64,000 nucleotides of DNA from Eledone cirrhosa (GCA_964016885.1 OZ024747.1:4154001-4218000), one strand, 5' to 3'. Positions 10,497 through 25,467 are shown, numbered from the stretch's first letter. The notes: generated from the sequence alone by a model not told the origin. Numbers and translations: made by a program.

Positions 10497-13017
10497 ATTA
10501 CCACCACCACCAATACCACCACCACCAATACCACCACCACCACCACCAATACCACCACCACCAATACCACCACTACCCCCACCACTACCACCACCACCAA
10601 TACCATCACTACCACCACCACCAATACCACCACCACCACCAATACCACCACCACCACCAATACCATCACTACCACCACCACCACCACCAATACCATCACT
10701 ACCACCACCAATACCACCACCACCACCACCACCACCACCAATACCATCACTACCACCACCAATACCACCAATACCACCACCACCACCACCAATACCATCA
10801 CTACCACCACCACCACCACCAATACCACCACCACCAATACCACCAATACCACCACCAATACCATCACTACCACCAATACCATCACTACCACCAATACCAC
10901 CACCACCACCAATACCATCACTACCACCACCAATACCACCACCACCAATACCATCACTACCACCACCAATACCATCACTACCACCACCAATACCACCACC
11001 ACCACCACCAATACCATCACTACCACCAATACCATCACTACCACCAATACCACCACCACCACCAATACCACCACCACCACCACCAATACCATCACTACCA
11101 CCACCAATACCACCACCACCAATACCATCACTACCACCACCAATACCATCACTACCACCACCAATACCACCACCACCACCACCAATACCATCACTACCAC
11201 CACCAATACCACCACCACCACCACCAATACCATCACTACCACCACCAATACCACCACCACCACCACCAATACCATCACTACCACCACCAATACCACCACC
11301 ACCACCACCAATACCACCACCACCACCACCAATACCATCACCACCACCACCAATACCATCACTACCACCACCAATACCACCACCACCACCACCAATACCA
11401 TCACTACCACCACCAATACCACCACCACCACCACCAATACCATCACTACCACCACCAATACCACCACCACCACCACCAATACCACCACCACCACCACCAA
11501 TACCATCACCACCACCACCAATACCATCACTACCACCACCAATACCACCACCACCACCACCAATACCATCACTACCACCACCAATACCACCACCACCACC
11601 ACCAATACCATCACTACCACCACCAATACCACCACCACCACCACCAATACCATCACTACCACCACCAATACCACCACCACCACCACCAATACCACCACCA
11701 CCACCACCAATACCATCACCACCACCACCAATACCATCACTACCACCACCAATACCACCACCACCACCACCAATACCATCACTACCACCACCAATACCAC
11801 CACCACCACCACCAATACCATCACTACCACCACCAATACCATCACCACCACCACCAATACCATCACTACCACCACCAATACCATCACTACCACCACCAAT
11901 ACCATCACCACCACCACCAATACCATCACCACCACCACCAATACCATCACTACCACCACCAATACCATCACCACCACCACCAATACCATCACTACCACCA
12001 CCAATACCACCACCAATACCACCACCACCACCACCAATACCATCACTACCACCACCAATACCACCACCACCAATACCACCACCACCACCACCAATACCAT
12101 CACCACCACCACCAATACCATCACTACCACCACCAATACCATCACCACCACCACCAATACCATCACTACCACCACCAATACCATCACTACCACCACCAAT
12201 ACCATCACTACCACCACCAATACCACCACCACCACCATCACTACCACCACCAATACCACCACCACCAATACCACCACCACCACCACCAATACCATCACCA
12301 CCACCACCAATACCATCACTACCACCACCAATACCATCACCACCACCACCAATACCATCACTACCACCACCAATACCATCACTACCACCACCAATACCAC
12401 CACCACCACCAATACCACCACCACCACCACCACCACCACCACCACCAATACCACCACCAATACCACCACCAATACCACCACCACCACCAATACCATCACT
12501 ACCACCACCACCACCAATACCACCACCAATACCACCACCACCACCACCACCACCACCACCACCAATACCACCACCACCACCACCAATACCACCACCACCA
12601 CCACCAATACCACCACCACCACCAATACCACCACCACCACCACCAATACCACCACCACCACCACCACCACCACCACCACCACCAATACCATCACTACCAC
12701 CACCAATACCACCACCACCACCAATACCACCACCACCACCACCAATACCACCACCACCACCAATACCACCACCACCACCACCAATACCACCACCACCACC
12801 ACCACCACCAATACCACCACCACCACCACCACCACCAATACCACCACCAATACCACCACCACCACCAATACCATCACTACCACCACCAATACCACCACCA
12901 ATACCACCACCACCACCAATACCATCACTACCACCAATACCACCACCAATACCACCACCACCACCACCATCTCTACCACCACACCACCACCACCACCACA
13001 CCACCACCACCACCACC
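10497..13017. repeat. 2.5-kb compound trinucleotide satellite (ACC)n punctuated by AAT and ATC-ACT
   Basis: Pure triplet periodicity; gives poly-G/V/T ORFs. Confidence 0.97.
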
Positions 13018-13122
13018 TAACAGCATTATACAACTACAATATTCTGATTATTTAATCATGGCAGTTATTTAAGATGGTCTTCCAATACTTTTGAGTGACT
13101 TCCATTAATCTGGCTTTCTCAC

Positions 13123-14158
13123 TATATATAGAGAGATATGTGTATATATATAGAGAGAGATATGTGTATATATATAGAGATATGTGTATATATATAGAGA
13201 GAGAGATGTGTGTATATATATATATAGAGAGAGATATGTGTATATATATAGAGAGAGAGATATGTGTATATATATATAGAGAGAGATATGTGTATATATA
13301 TAGAGAGAGATGTGTGTATATATATAGAGAGAGAGATATGTGTATATATATAGAGAGAGATGTGTGTATATATATAGAGAGAGATGTGTGTATATATATA
13401 GAGAGAGATGTGTGTATATATATATATAGAGAGAGATATGTGTATATATATAGAGAGAGATATGTGTATATATATATAGAGAGAGATGTGTATATATATA
13501 TATATATAGAGAGAGAGATATGTGTATATATAGAGAGAGAGATATGTGTATATATAGAGAGAGAGATGTGTATATATATATATATATAGAGAGAGAGAGA
13601 TGTGTATATATATATAGAGAGAGATATGTGTATATATATAGAGAGAGAGATATGTGTATATATATAGAGAGAGATATGTGTATATATATAGAGAGAGATA
13701 TGTGTATATATAGAGAGAGAGAGATATGTGTATATATATAGAGAGAGAGATATGTGTATATATATATAGAGAGAGATATGTGTATATATATAGAGAGAGA
13801 TGTGTATATATATATATATATAGAGAGAGAGAGATGTGTATATATATATAGAGAGAGAGATATGTGTATATATATAGAGAGATATGTGTATATATATAGA
13901 GAGAGATGTGTATATATATATATATAGAGAGAGAGATGTGTATATATATATATAGAGAGAGAGATGTGTATATATATATATATAGAGAGAGAGAGATGTG
14001 TATATATATATATAGAGAGAGAGAGATGTGTATATATATATATAGAGAGAGAGATATGTGTATATATATAGAGAGAGATATGTGTATATATATATAGAGA
14101 GATATGTGTATATATATATAGAGAGAGATATGTGTGTATATATATATAGAGATATGTG

Positions 14159-14194
<36 letters not shown>

Positions 14195-14320
14195 TGTGTA
14201 TATATATATAGAGAGAGAGATATGTGTATATATGTATATATGTGTGTGTTGCTCATTATATATATATAGATATGTGATATATGTGTGTATATATGTGTAT
14301 ATATGTGTGTGTGTGTGTGC
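13123..14320. repeat. Compound (TA)n(GA)n(TG)n microsatellite array
   Basis: Repeating TATATA-GAGAGA-TATGTG modules. Confidence 0.95.
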
Positions 14321-14440
14321 TTATATATAATCATATACATAAGTGTGTTTGTGTTATATATATAAGATGAAATGTGAGTGGTTATATTAATGTTAGTGTG
14401 TGTGTGTGTGATAATCTGCACACACAAAGACACGTATACG

Positions 14441-14476
<36 letters not shown>

Positions 14477-14896
14477 GTTTGTGGTGTGAAGACCAGGAAG
14501 ACTACAAATGTGTATGCAAGTGTATATGTGTGTATCTATGTATATAATGGTATACACTATTAGCATATATGTGTATATATGTCTGTGTGTGTCTGTGAGT
14601 ATGATGATGATGATCTACACTGTTGTTAACATATGTGTATGTGTGTGTCTGTGTGTATGATGGTGATGATGTACACTGTTGTGAATTTGAGCAGATGAGG
14701 GCCCAAGTGCTGAACCAATTAGTCAATTACCTAATAGTTGGGTCTACTGTGACACATCAAACAATCTTTACATCTATAAAGCCACAATCCTCACAAATCA
14801 TAACATCATTGGAGTAAACTGACAAGTTGGATTCAAAGGTTTTCCATTATTTTTTCTTGTTTTTTTAGCTTATTTAACCATCATCATCATTGCATA

Positions 14897-15171
14897 TACT
14901 GTTCTATGCTAACATAGGTTGTACCAGGTTGTTTTGACGCTGATGGTCTACCATATTGCTAAGGCTACACCAATTGCTTAACATCTACTGTTCTATGCTA
15001 ACAGGTTGTACCAGGTTGTTTTGAGGCTGATGGTCTACCATATTGCTAAGGCTACACCAATTGCTTAACATCTACTGTTCTATGCTAACATAGGTTGTAC
15101 CAGGTTGTTTTGACGCTGATGGTCTACCATATTGCTAAGGCTACACCAATTGCCTAACATCTACTGTTCTA
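14897..15171. repeat. 89-bp tandem repeat, 3 copies
   Basis: TACTGTTCTA recurs at 14897, 14986, 15073, 15162. Confidence 0.92.
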
Positions 15172-15570
15172 AAAAGTGGAAATTTGAGTCTAAAAGTGGT
15201 ATTTCTGAATATTTATGTAGCTGCCACGTCGTCCCTGAACAACAAATGCAAAATATAAAGCCATTACATGATGTGCAATGATAAATACTATTTTTCTTTA
15301 AAATTTGAACGAAATCGGTGGCAAAATGTGGGAGCTAGAGCCAAAAATCTTATTTTTCGATACCTAAAAAAAGGTGACCCCCCCTATCAATTTGTATCTG
15401 CAGAATGACCCCGGAATAAAAAAAACGATACACTGATATATAGAAAACACTCTCCGATGACTAATCTATGAGCCTGTAAAGTTTCATGAAAATCGGTCGT
15501 AAGATGTAGGCCCCTATAGGTAATACACAGACACACACACATACTTAATATTATATATATACAGATATAT
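15172..15570 (+). mobile_element. Probable non-autonomous Helitron/Helentron-derived (DINE-1-like) element
   Basis: Two AAATTT...GAAATCGG-type motifs (AAATTTGAACGAAATCGGTG, AAGTTTCATGAAAATCGGTCG), CpG-richer than flanks, ends in a CA/GACA microsatellite. Confidence 0.5.
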
Positions 15571-16019
15571 ATAATAGTAATATTAATGAGAGTAAATTTT
15601 ACTATAGGCTATATGTAGCGTAACCATGGGAAGAAATAATTGTGTGTCTGTGTGTGTGTGTGTGTGTATATATTTATATGTATTCTTCATAAAAGCCCAA
15701 GTTTAAGTTAATGCTATGCTGGAGTTTGTCCTGGGTACTCACAGGGTATCAAACATCATACCTCGTCTGTTGCCCCTATATACATGGGACAAGCTTCAAA
15801 GTAACAAGGCTCAAACTTGGCTTATTGAAAACAATATTCTCTTGTGTGTGTGTATATATATATCTTTGCATGTCTACTTGTGTGTAAGCATATGTAGCTT
15901 TGTATGCTTGAGTATATCTGCATGTTGATGTGTGTGTGTGTGTGTGTGTATCCAAATGTGTGTTTGGGAGATTGTATACATTCTGTTTTGAGGGTGAGGG
16001 TGAGCAATTTTATAGTGAA

Positions 16020-16442
16020 GTTAGTGGTGTTGGTGGTGTATATTGGATGGTGGCGGTGGTGTATATTGGATGGTGTAGATAATGTTGATGGTGGTGGTGA
16101 TAGTCATGTGGAACAGGGGTGGAGTGGTGATGTAGGGTAGTGTGGAGTGATGTGGTGGTGTAGGTAGTAGAGGTGATGGTGGTGTGGGCGGTGGTGTCAG
16201 TGGCAGTAGTGATGGTGTAGGTAGTAGTGGTGGTGGAAGTGGTGTCAGTGGCAGTAGTGGTGATGGTGGTGGTGATAATGGTAGTGGTGGTGTCAGTGGT
16301 GATGGTGGGGGTAGTGGTGGTGGTGGTGGTGGTAGGGTCTGTGGGGGTGGTGATGTTAATGGTGTGGGTAGTGGTGGTAGCAGTTGTGTTGGTAGTGACG
16401 GTGTGGGTAGTGGTGGTGTCAGTGGTAGCAGTGGTGATGGTG
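16020..16442. repeat. Degenerate (GGT/AGT)n tract
   Basis: Low-complexity triplets. Confidence 0.9.
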
Positions 16443-16669
16443 CTTTTAGTAGGTGTAAAAGTACACTTCACTCTAATGACATTAAGCTGCTAAGATTATT
16501 TCCACCATTTCCACCATTGGAATAACCAGAATACCAGAATACTGTTCATTGATTACATTCATTGATTCTGATGAAGTCAAGTGGCTACTCTAAATGAAGA
16601 TTTCCTTTGATATTTCACATCGCATCGATATTGAGCAACATACATGCATGCTTATAGATTTTCATATGC

Positions 16670-16714
<45 letters not shown>

Positions 16715-16898
16715 TTATACACCACATGTACGTATGTATGTCTGTGTGTGTATGTAACTTTCACCAAAATAAATATTTATTGGTGAATACATACACACAC
16801 ACACACACACACACGTGTATATATATATATGTAGTGTATGTATATATATATATATATATACACACACTCATATATACTCTCATACATACATATATATC

Positions 16899-16934
<36 letters not shown>

Positions 16935-16944
16935 TACACATACA

Positions 16945-17029
<85 letters not shown>

Positions 17030-17340
17030 AAACATATATCTATATGTATATATGTATATATATATACATGCAAACGTGTAAATCTATATGTATATATATA
17101 TATATAGACATCCAATCATACATCAGCAACGACACTGAACTACTGATAGTCTCTGAGTGGAGCCCTCTGTTGATATTTGTTCTGCACTGAGTTACAGAGG
17201 CGCTCCCTTGTGTTTCTCACTGTCCGGAAATGGAATGAATGGACCAGTGATTAGCCTATAGGAAACCTGTAATCAACTTCTCTATTGTTCACTAATTGAG
17301 ATATAAAAGTTAGATATGAATAAATGAATAGATGGAAGTC

Positions 17341-18820
17341 ATATATATATACTTACATACATACTTATACATCCACATATATATACTTACATACATACTT
17401 ATACATCCACATATATATACTTACATACATACTTATACATCCACATATATATACTTACATACATACTTATACATCCACATATATATACTTACATACATAC
17501 TTATACATCCACATATATATACTTACATACATACTTATACATCCACATATATATACTTACATACATACTTATACATCCACATATATACTTATACATACTC
17601 ATATATATATATACATACATACTTATACATACTCATATATATATATATACATACATACTTATACATCCACATATATATACTTACATACATACTTATACAT
17701 CCACATATATATACTTACATACATACTTATACATCCACATATATATACTTACATACATACTTATACATCCACATATATATACTTACATACATACTTATAC
17801 ATCCACATATATATACTTACATACATACTTATACATCCACATATATATACTTACATACATACTTATACATCCACATATATATACTTACATACATACTTAT
17901 ACATCCACATATATATACTTACATACATACTTATACATCCACATATATATACTTACATACATACTTATACATCCACATATATATACTTACATACATACTT
18001 ATACATCCACATATATACTTACATACATACTCATATATATATATACATACATACTTATACATACTCATATATATATATATACATACATACTTATACATAC
18101 TCATATATATATAAACATACATACTTATACATACTCATATATATATATATATACATACTTATACGTACTCATATATATATAAACATACATACTTATACAT
18201 ACTCATATATATATATATACATACATACTTATACATACTCATATATATATAAACATACATACTTATACATACTCATATATATATAAACATACATACTTAT
18301 ACATACTCATATATATATATAGATACATACTTATACATACTCATATATATATAAACATACATACTTATACATACTCATATATATATATATACATACATAC
18401 TTATACATACTCATATATATATACATACATACTTATACATACTCATATATATATATATACATACATACTTATACATACTCATATATATATAAACATACAT
18501 ACTTATACATACTCATATATATATATACATACATACTTATACATACTCATATATATATACATACATACTTATACATACACACCTATATATATATATACAT
18601 ACATACTTATACATACACACCTATATATATATATACATACATACTTATACATACACGCATACTTATACATACACACATATATATACATATACATATATAC
18701 ACATACATACTTATACATACATACCCACATACATATTCAAATATACATATAGTTATATATATATATATATACATACATATATTTATATATATATATGTAT
18801 ATATACATATGTATATATAC
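17341..18820. repeat. 34-bp minisatellite (ACTTACATACATACTTATACATCCACATATATAT) grading into variable-length units
   Basis: Period 34 from 17351. Confidence 0.95.
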
Positions 18821-18920
18821 ATGTGTGTGTGTGTACATAATTAAGAGTAAAAAAAAACAAACACAGATGCAAAAACACAAAGTCTTATTAGTTTCATGCT
18901 TGGGAAGAAGTAAATGAGAG

Positions 18921-18956
18921 TTTCAATGTTTCAGACATAATCCCTTCTTCAGGAAA
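18921..18956 (-). ncRNA. Minimal type I hammerhead-like motif in a Penelope-type short element (about 18838-18990)
   Basis: TTTC-CTGAAGA-agggattatgtct-GAAACATT-GAAA: stem I TTTC/GAAA, short stem II, AACGTT palindrome decayed to AACATT. Confidence 0.6.
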
Positions 18957-19793
18957 TAGAGGGGTCAGAGAGAGAGATAAGATTGGAAAAATGAGTTTTG
19001 ATGATGATAATAATCAGTTCAAATCCTCCTCAGTATGTTTCATTACGGCAAGATATTGGCAAAATGGTGAGTTTTTTTTTTTTTTTAAGTGCTCAGTCTC
19101 ATTATCATCATTTTACATCCACTTTTCCCTGCTTACAAGGGTGGGACGGGTCCTATTCAGCACAGCATCTCTCCACTTGTCACAGTCCTTCATCATCTCC
19201 TCCGTGAGCTTCATAAACTATATATATATATATATATGTGTATATATAAACATATAGAGAGATATAGAGTATACTATATATATATATATATATATAAACT
19301 ACAGCCATCATTAACAATCGAGTATGACTTGGTAGCATGTACCATTCTTTTGATAAGGGTTTTAGGTGTATGTAACGTTGCAAGCAGCCACATTTTGCCT
19401 TCACTCCCTTGAGACAGTGAAATATCTTTGATGTGACAGCTGGAAGGAATGGCACCAGCACTGGGATAGAACTTTCTTTATCAACCTTGAAAAGGGAAAG
19501 GCAGCATAAACCTTGGCAGGATTTGAACCCAGGAGATCAGAGGGCCACAAATATCCAGTGTTCTAACAACTCCAAATCAATATACACACACACACACATG
19601 CACACATGCACACACGCACACGCACATGCGAGGAAATTAGCTGAAATGCTGAGCTTGCAGCCAATTCTCTACTTTTTCCAATATATATATACACACACAT
19701 TTATATAGGGATAGATACACATGTATATATACACACGTATATATATATATATACACACACACACAGGAAGAGAATTTGGTTCGACATCACCAG

Positions 19794-19886
19794 ACGTATC
19801 TGAGGAACTTGTGAATCCAGAGTCTGGTTCAATCCACAAACAGATCGCACCTCAAGCTGTCCACCGGAGAAACAATTGTAATATGT
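19794..19886 (+). ncRNA. Type I hammerhead-like motif with long, decayed domain II
   Basis: ACGTAT-CTGAGGA...GAA-ACAATTGT(palindrome)-A-ATATGT; GUA triplet; 6-bp stem I. Confidence 0.6.
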
Positions 19887-19949
19887 AATAGTGTTCCAAT
19901 GTATCGATGATTTTTCGTCTTCCATATTATATATATATATATACACACA

Positions 19950-20560
19950 TAAAATACAATATGTTGAAAAGGTAACACACTAGAGAGAGAGAGAGTGTGT
20001 TCCATCAATAAAACAGGGAAAACCACCAGTGTATGGAATCTATAACCTATGAAAGACAGGGTAGACACACAATAATTAAAAATATAAATTAAAATGTATA
20101 TACGCACCTCTATAACTATATAACACACGCGTACAAATCCAAAGAGATCTGTTTCGCCAGGAAGTTGTTGACTGAAATGGAATAGCCTATGGTTCATCAG
20201 CACGTGCAAGACTATACATTCCAGACAACTCTAAGAGAATCTAAAGCGACCGTCCAGCTACACGTGGCAGAGAGATGTCACAGCATGTTTAGGGCAGTGA
20301 ACCAGTGGTATCTGAGGGACAAGCTGCTAGAAAGGGCACCCCCAAAACCACTCAAAGAAGTGTGCTCAACCAAACGGAGGGAGAGAGAGAGAGGAAAGAC
20401 TTATAAGGAGTGAAATATCACGATAAATTAACGGAGCCATAGACTCTCGTTAGTCCCTGTCAATAATGTGCTCAAAGGAAAAGGAATCCTGAGCTCTTTA
20501 AAATACAATATCTAGAGAGAGAGATAGTGCGCCATCAATAAAACAGGGAAAACCACCAAT
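19950..20560 (-). mobile_element. Non-autonomous Penelope/retrozyme-like element with terminal direct repeats
   Basis: CCATCAATAAAACAGGGAAAACCACCA at 20002-20028 and 20532-20558 (530-bp offset); contains a hammerhead; TA/CA microsatellites on both flanks. Confidence 0.65.
20124..20208 (-). ncRNA. Type I hammerhead ribozyme motif, well formed
   Basis: TGCACGTG-CTGATGA-[a cca...tgg c]-GAA-ACAGATCT cttt GGATTTGT-A-CGCGTGTG: 8-bp stem I and 8-bp stem III (with G.U pairs); GUA cleavage predicted between 20132 and 20131. Confidence 0.8.
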
Positions 20561-20969
20561 ATAGATATAGATACACATATATATATATACATACATATAT
20601 ACACATACATATGCATACACATACATATATATAATATATTCATATGCAAATAAATATTTTTACATTGAAAAAGAAATAAAACATACGTATACATACACAC
20701 TCACACACACATACACACACACGCAGATGTACACTTTATAGACATGGACAAAAGAGTGTGGTTCTATGTGTGTGTGTGAGTGTGGTTCTATGTGTGTGAG
20801 TGTGGTTCTGTGTGTGTGTGTGAGTGGTTCTGTGTGTATGTGTATGTCTATGTGTATGTGCTAATGAGCTAAATACACTTGACATTTAGTACAAATATCT
20901 GAATATATGGTTTCTGATAGAATAATCTACTCAAAATTATTTTGTCTTCTATTATAGTTCCATTGAATG

Positions 20970-21125
20970 CAGCAAATTGGCAGATTAGAATGTCGGATAG
21001 AATGCTTTGGAATATTCGTTTCAGTTCTCTGCACTCTAAGTACAAGTCCTACCAAGGTCAACTTTCCCTTTCATCCTTCCAAAATCAATGAAAAAAAGAA
21101 GTACCTGTTCAGTTCTAGGGTCAAT
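20970..21125 (+). mobile_element. SINE family 1, diverged
   Basis: TTGGCAGATTAG...AAGGTCAACTTTCCCTTTCATCCTT...AAGTACC; other old copies at 21370-21500, 24590-24730, 30530-30632, 39375-39530. Confidence 0.7.
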
Positions 21126-21669
21126 TCTCCCTCTATATCTCTTTCTATGATAACTTCCTCTCACTCTCTTTACTCTTGAAGAAATTGAGGATCTAGAAAT
21201 GAGATAGGCACTGCCAGGTTTAAACAATATGTACAAGATATGCCATAAGTCGACAGGGCACCCCTACATCTCTCTCAGGAATTACATTAGCAGTCATATA
21301 ATTTCATTGATTCCCATTCACATACAAGATGCCTTATAGAGATATAGATTTACCAGAGTACTAGACTAGTCCTTTAACAGCTCCAGAAGGATAAAAGACA
21401 AAGTTGACCTCAATGTCACTTGAATATAGAATATAAATGGCTGTAAACTAAATAACACGAGACATATCATCTACATCCTAATGATTCTGCCAATTCATCA
21501 TTTATGTTTATAATTCCTCTGTGTTGCATTTCCAGACAAAAATAGTTGTTTGATAAAATTTATCGAAATAATCATGCAACATGAACATATAATATATTTG
21601 TGATTCATTGTAGTAGCTGACTTCTCCCATCTTCAATAATTGTTTTGGTTTTGTTTGTTTGGTGCTTTA

Positions 21670-21783
21670 TCATCATCATCACCGAGTAAACATCCATTTT
21701 TCCACACTAGCATGGGTTAGATGAGTTGTCATGTTGTGAGATAACCAGGTCAGAGGACCGTGTTTTACTCACACAGAACTGAT

Positions 21784-21821
<38 letters not shown>

Positions 21822-22430
21822 GAATTGTCCAATCTGACCAAGGAAACAATGTTTCCATTAGTCTTTCCATTGGTGAAACTATCTACTGGTTGGAACTCCT
21901 GGCAGAAAGTGTATTAAACATCCACAGTACCATTCTCACTTCATTTCTCTCTGGCCTCAGTATATCTTCTGAATTCATTTCCTATATCTCACTGTCATGC
22001 AACATTGCATTTTTCACACCGGCATCATACAATCTGCTCTTTGTTCAGAGAGAAAATTCTTTTGTTGTCAAAATAGATATTAACAAACCTGCTCTACTTC
22101 TAACTACTAAGTTTACTGAGCTAGCTTCTCTACTGCTAATTAGTTCACCTAAGTAACAGAAACTATCAACTACTTTTATGGTATCTTACATTGGTTCTCT
22201 TACTACCAACTAGCCTGTGCATCTGCCATATACAGAGTTCCGTTACATTGACTATAATCCCACTTCATCTTTTGTGTACCTATACCTTACAATGTGTAGA
22301 TTGTATCGAGTTCCTACATATTGAGCGTGGCCACATTCTTGATTGACTCAGAACCATGTCCTCCTTCCTACTTACTAAAACATTGGTCATTGCTAAGTTT
22401 ATTTTGGACCACCTTGGTGACGATGATGAT
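21670..22430 (-). mobile_element. Old, degenerate RTE LINE 3' portion
   Basis: (CAT)n tail plus TTCCACACTAGCATGGGTTAGA 3' end; residual VVDSFCYLG and RLYDA...AMLH motifs on minus strand. Confidence 0.7.
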
Positions 22431-23228
22431 GTTGTTGAAACACGTGCACTCTCATATATGTCTTAGTAAAAATATATTATCAGATGTTGAAGTTGTTACT
22501 GTGGAATTTCAAATGAACACCTCAAACTCTACAACTGTTTTTTAGTATTGTTTTAAAGAGGCGTTGATAACAAAAGCTGGTTAGATTTAATTATCAAACT
22601 CTCACACACGTCATTGATTGAATGTAATTTAAATTAATGCATTATCTATAGTACTGCATCTTCTACAGATATATAGTGGCTGTTTTTTGCTTTCTTTTTT
22701 TTTGTTTTGTGTATGTATATGTGTGCATGTATGTGTGTATGTGTGCATGTGTAAATGAGTGTGTGTATGTGTGTGTGCATGTATGTGTGTAACTGCTTTT
22801 TTTTTTCAGAGATGATTTATTTTTAAGATTGCGTTTGTGTTTAAATCTGTTTGTTTGTGTGTGTGTTTGTATTTAAATATGTGTGCATGTTTGTATTTAA
22901 ATCTGTGTGTATTTGTGTTTAAATCTGTGTATTTGTATTTAAATCTGTGTGTATTTGTGTTTAAATCTGTGTGTTTGTATTTAAATCTGTGTGTGTTTCT
23001 GTGTGTGCAATTATAAAGAATCATTTGAGTACCTAACACAATACCTTGTGCTATTTACTTCAACTGCTTGCATTCTAGTTGAAATCATTTTTGTTTTTCA
23101 ACCTTCCAGGATTGGTAAATAAAGCACCAGTCTAGGACAGGGAACTAAGAGAAGCATTGGACAGGGTACCTTGCAGTATTTGTTCGGGCACATTGACTTC
23201 TTTGGTGTCTAAATCCTGATGTGGCTTA

Positions 23229-23432
23229 CTTGGTTAAGATTTAAAACCTCACTTAACTTCATCTCATGGTTCTTGAATGTCCTTAAACAGACCAGGTTTC
23301 TGGTTTGAGGGAGGAAAGTAATCCTCAAACCAGAAACCTGGTCTGTTTAAGGGCAGTCAAGAACCATGAGATGAAGTTAAGTGAGGGTTTAAATCTGTTA
23401 ACCAAGTTGATTATTTTCCTCCCTCACACCAG
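23229..23432. repeat. Fold-back inverted repeat, about 82-bp arms, 12-nt spacer
   Basis: 23229-23310 is the reverse complement of 23323-23406 with few mismatches. Confidence 0.93.
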
Positions 23433-25467
23433 TCATGGGAGCTCTGAAAAGAGTGAATGGTACTAACCTTCCCTCCCTGACTAAATAGTAAAAATCAGGA
23501 CAAAAACACACACACATCATCATCATCATTATTGTTTTAATGTACACTTTCCCTGCTAGCAAGGGTTGGATAGATCTACGCAGACCAAATCAGTACTGAA
23601 GCAAGGCTACTCATTGCTCAGACAGGCCAGGGATCTGCATTTTGTTTACATATGGTTTCATGTTCTACCATGTGCACAGGAGAGGTTGTCGTGTCCTTGA
23701 CACAACTGAAAGGTCCTCTCAACCCTTTGTTTGGCAGGCTTTCTATGGCTGGATGTCCTTCCTATCACCAACCACTTTACAACATGTACTGGGTGTATTT
23801 ATCATGGAGGTCATCAACACTAAGAAGGTTGCCATGTCGTTGACAACTGAAGAGACATCCCAACCCTTTGTTAATCTTTCTACAGCTGGATGTCCCTTCT
23901 ATCCTCAGCCACTTTACAAGTACCAGGTACCTTTTGATAATATAAAAAGCCATAGTCTGTAAATGGTTAAATACATCTAACCTTATCTCATGTATCTTGG
24001 ACTTGTTTTTATTCATACAACATAATTTATTTGCATTTATTCTGTCCAAACGAAATTCCATTCGACTATAATTTAAGTTCATTGTTATGAAGTCATGTTG
24101 TCTCATGGCTACATAGAGGTCAATATCTTAGATCATTATGTCACCAACAACAAGTTAGTGATATTGATTTTCATTGCTGCTCAAGGCCTAAGCATATACT
24201 CACTTGACTTCTTTAATACTGAATGTATGAAAATTAATGCTGAAATAAACTGGAACACTGAAGAACAGAGAGATAGATTTCAGTAAAATATTCATTTTCT
24301 AACGTTTTATAGTGTTAAGAATAATTGGTATATTTATTGCTGGACACAATGTGTCATACAAAGAACTTTTGATAAGTTTTTAACATATCATGACTGTGGT
24401 ATGATATGGTATAGTCCTGTAATTCCTGATGGAGTCATAGGGGCGTTGTATTGATATACAAAATGTCTTGGCTATGTTAAGCCTGGCAGAGCCCGTCCCT
24501 CTCCAGGTCGGAAAACAGCTGATTTCTTCCAGAGAAAAATAGAAAGTGAGAGAAAGGAAATGAGAGACGGAGAGAAAGAACTGAATCAGATCTAGACTGG
24601 AATTATTTTTTTATCGACCTCAAAAGGATGAAAGGCAAAGCTGATCTCAGCTGGATTTGAACTCAAAGAGCCGGAATTATTACCATAAAGCATTCTATCC
24701 AACAGTTTAACAAATCTACCAATTCACCGACTTTCTTGACTATAGCAGCTTTCAAAAATAAAAGAAAAATTGTTTTAAATGAATCATTGAGGATAATTAC
24801 TCAGAGACACTACCTACATGAAAAACAACAGTTAAGTTAGTGATAACATATCTAATGTTGTGAGCATAAACAAAAATTATTTAGGAATATTTTTGTGATA
24901 AGGAAAAGAAAAGATTAACTCATTGGCTTTCTAGAATTTTTCTATATGATTATAGAAAGGATTATAATAATATCAAGTGCAGGGATGGATTTCCTAGTGC
25001 AAATAAAATATAAGCCATCAACATTTTATCTATGATCAGAGGGCTTTACATCAGGAAGCAGATCTGGCTCAAATGCTGCCTCAAATATATCTCATCCGAT
25101 CCATGCTAGCTTGGAAAAGTAAACGTATAACTGAGGATAGTGATGTGGATGATGATGATAAAGATATAGTATGCAAATTTTATTGTTTTTGTTTGTGTAG
25201 CCTCAGATCAACTCTAACTGATCAAAAGGTGATCTAAGACAATCCAACCATGGTTACTTTGGACTACATTCTCCAATGTGTTCTTCCTATTTTCAATTTG
25301 TAGGGTGTGATTTGAGGAAGATTTTGCTGCTGTTTCCTGTATGTCAAGTGACCACATAAAGTCTCCCACATTGGCTTGGTTCAAATCTTGTAGCTCTTAT
25401 ATCAAGATCTACAAGATTTAATCTGCAATAGATGAATAAATGTTTACATTTTTCTTACTAATAATGC

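Noticed and set aside
10386-13055. 860-876 aa Gly-rich, Val-rich and Thr-rich ORFs (structural protein or mucin-like)
   Set aside because: Open only because the triplet repeat lacks stops; single-codon usage, no signal peptide or splice context
16568-16600. CTGATGA followed by a small hairpin
   Set aside because: No GAAA box or stem I, so not a hammerhead
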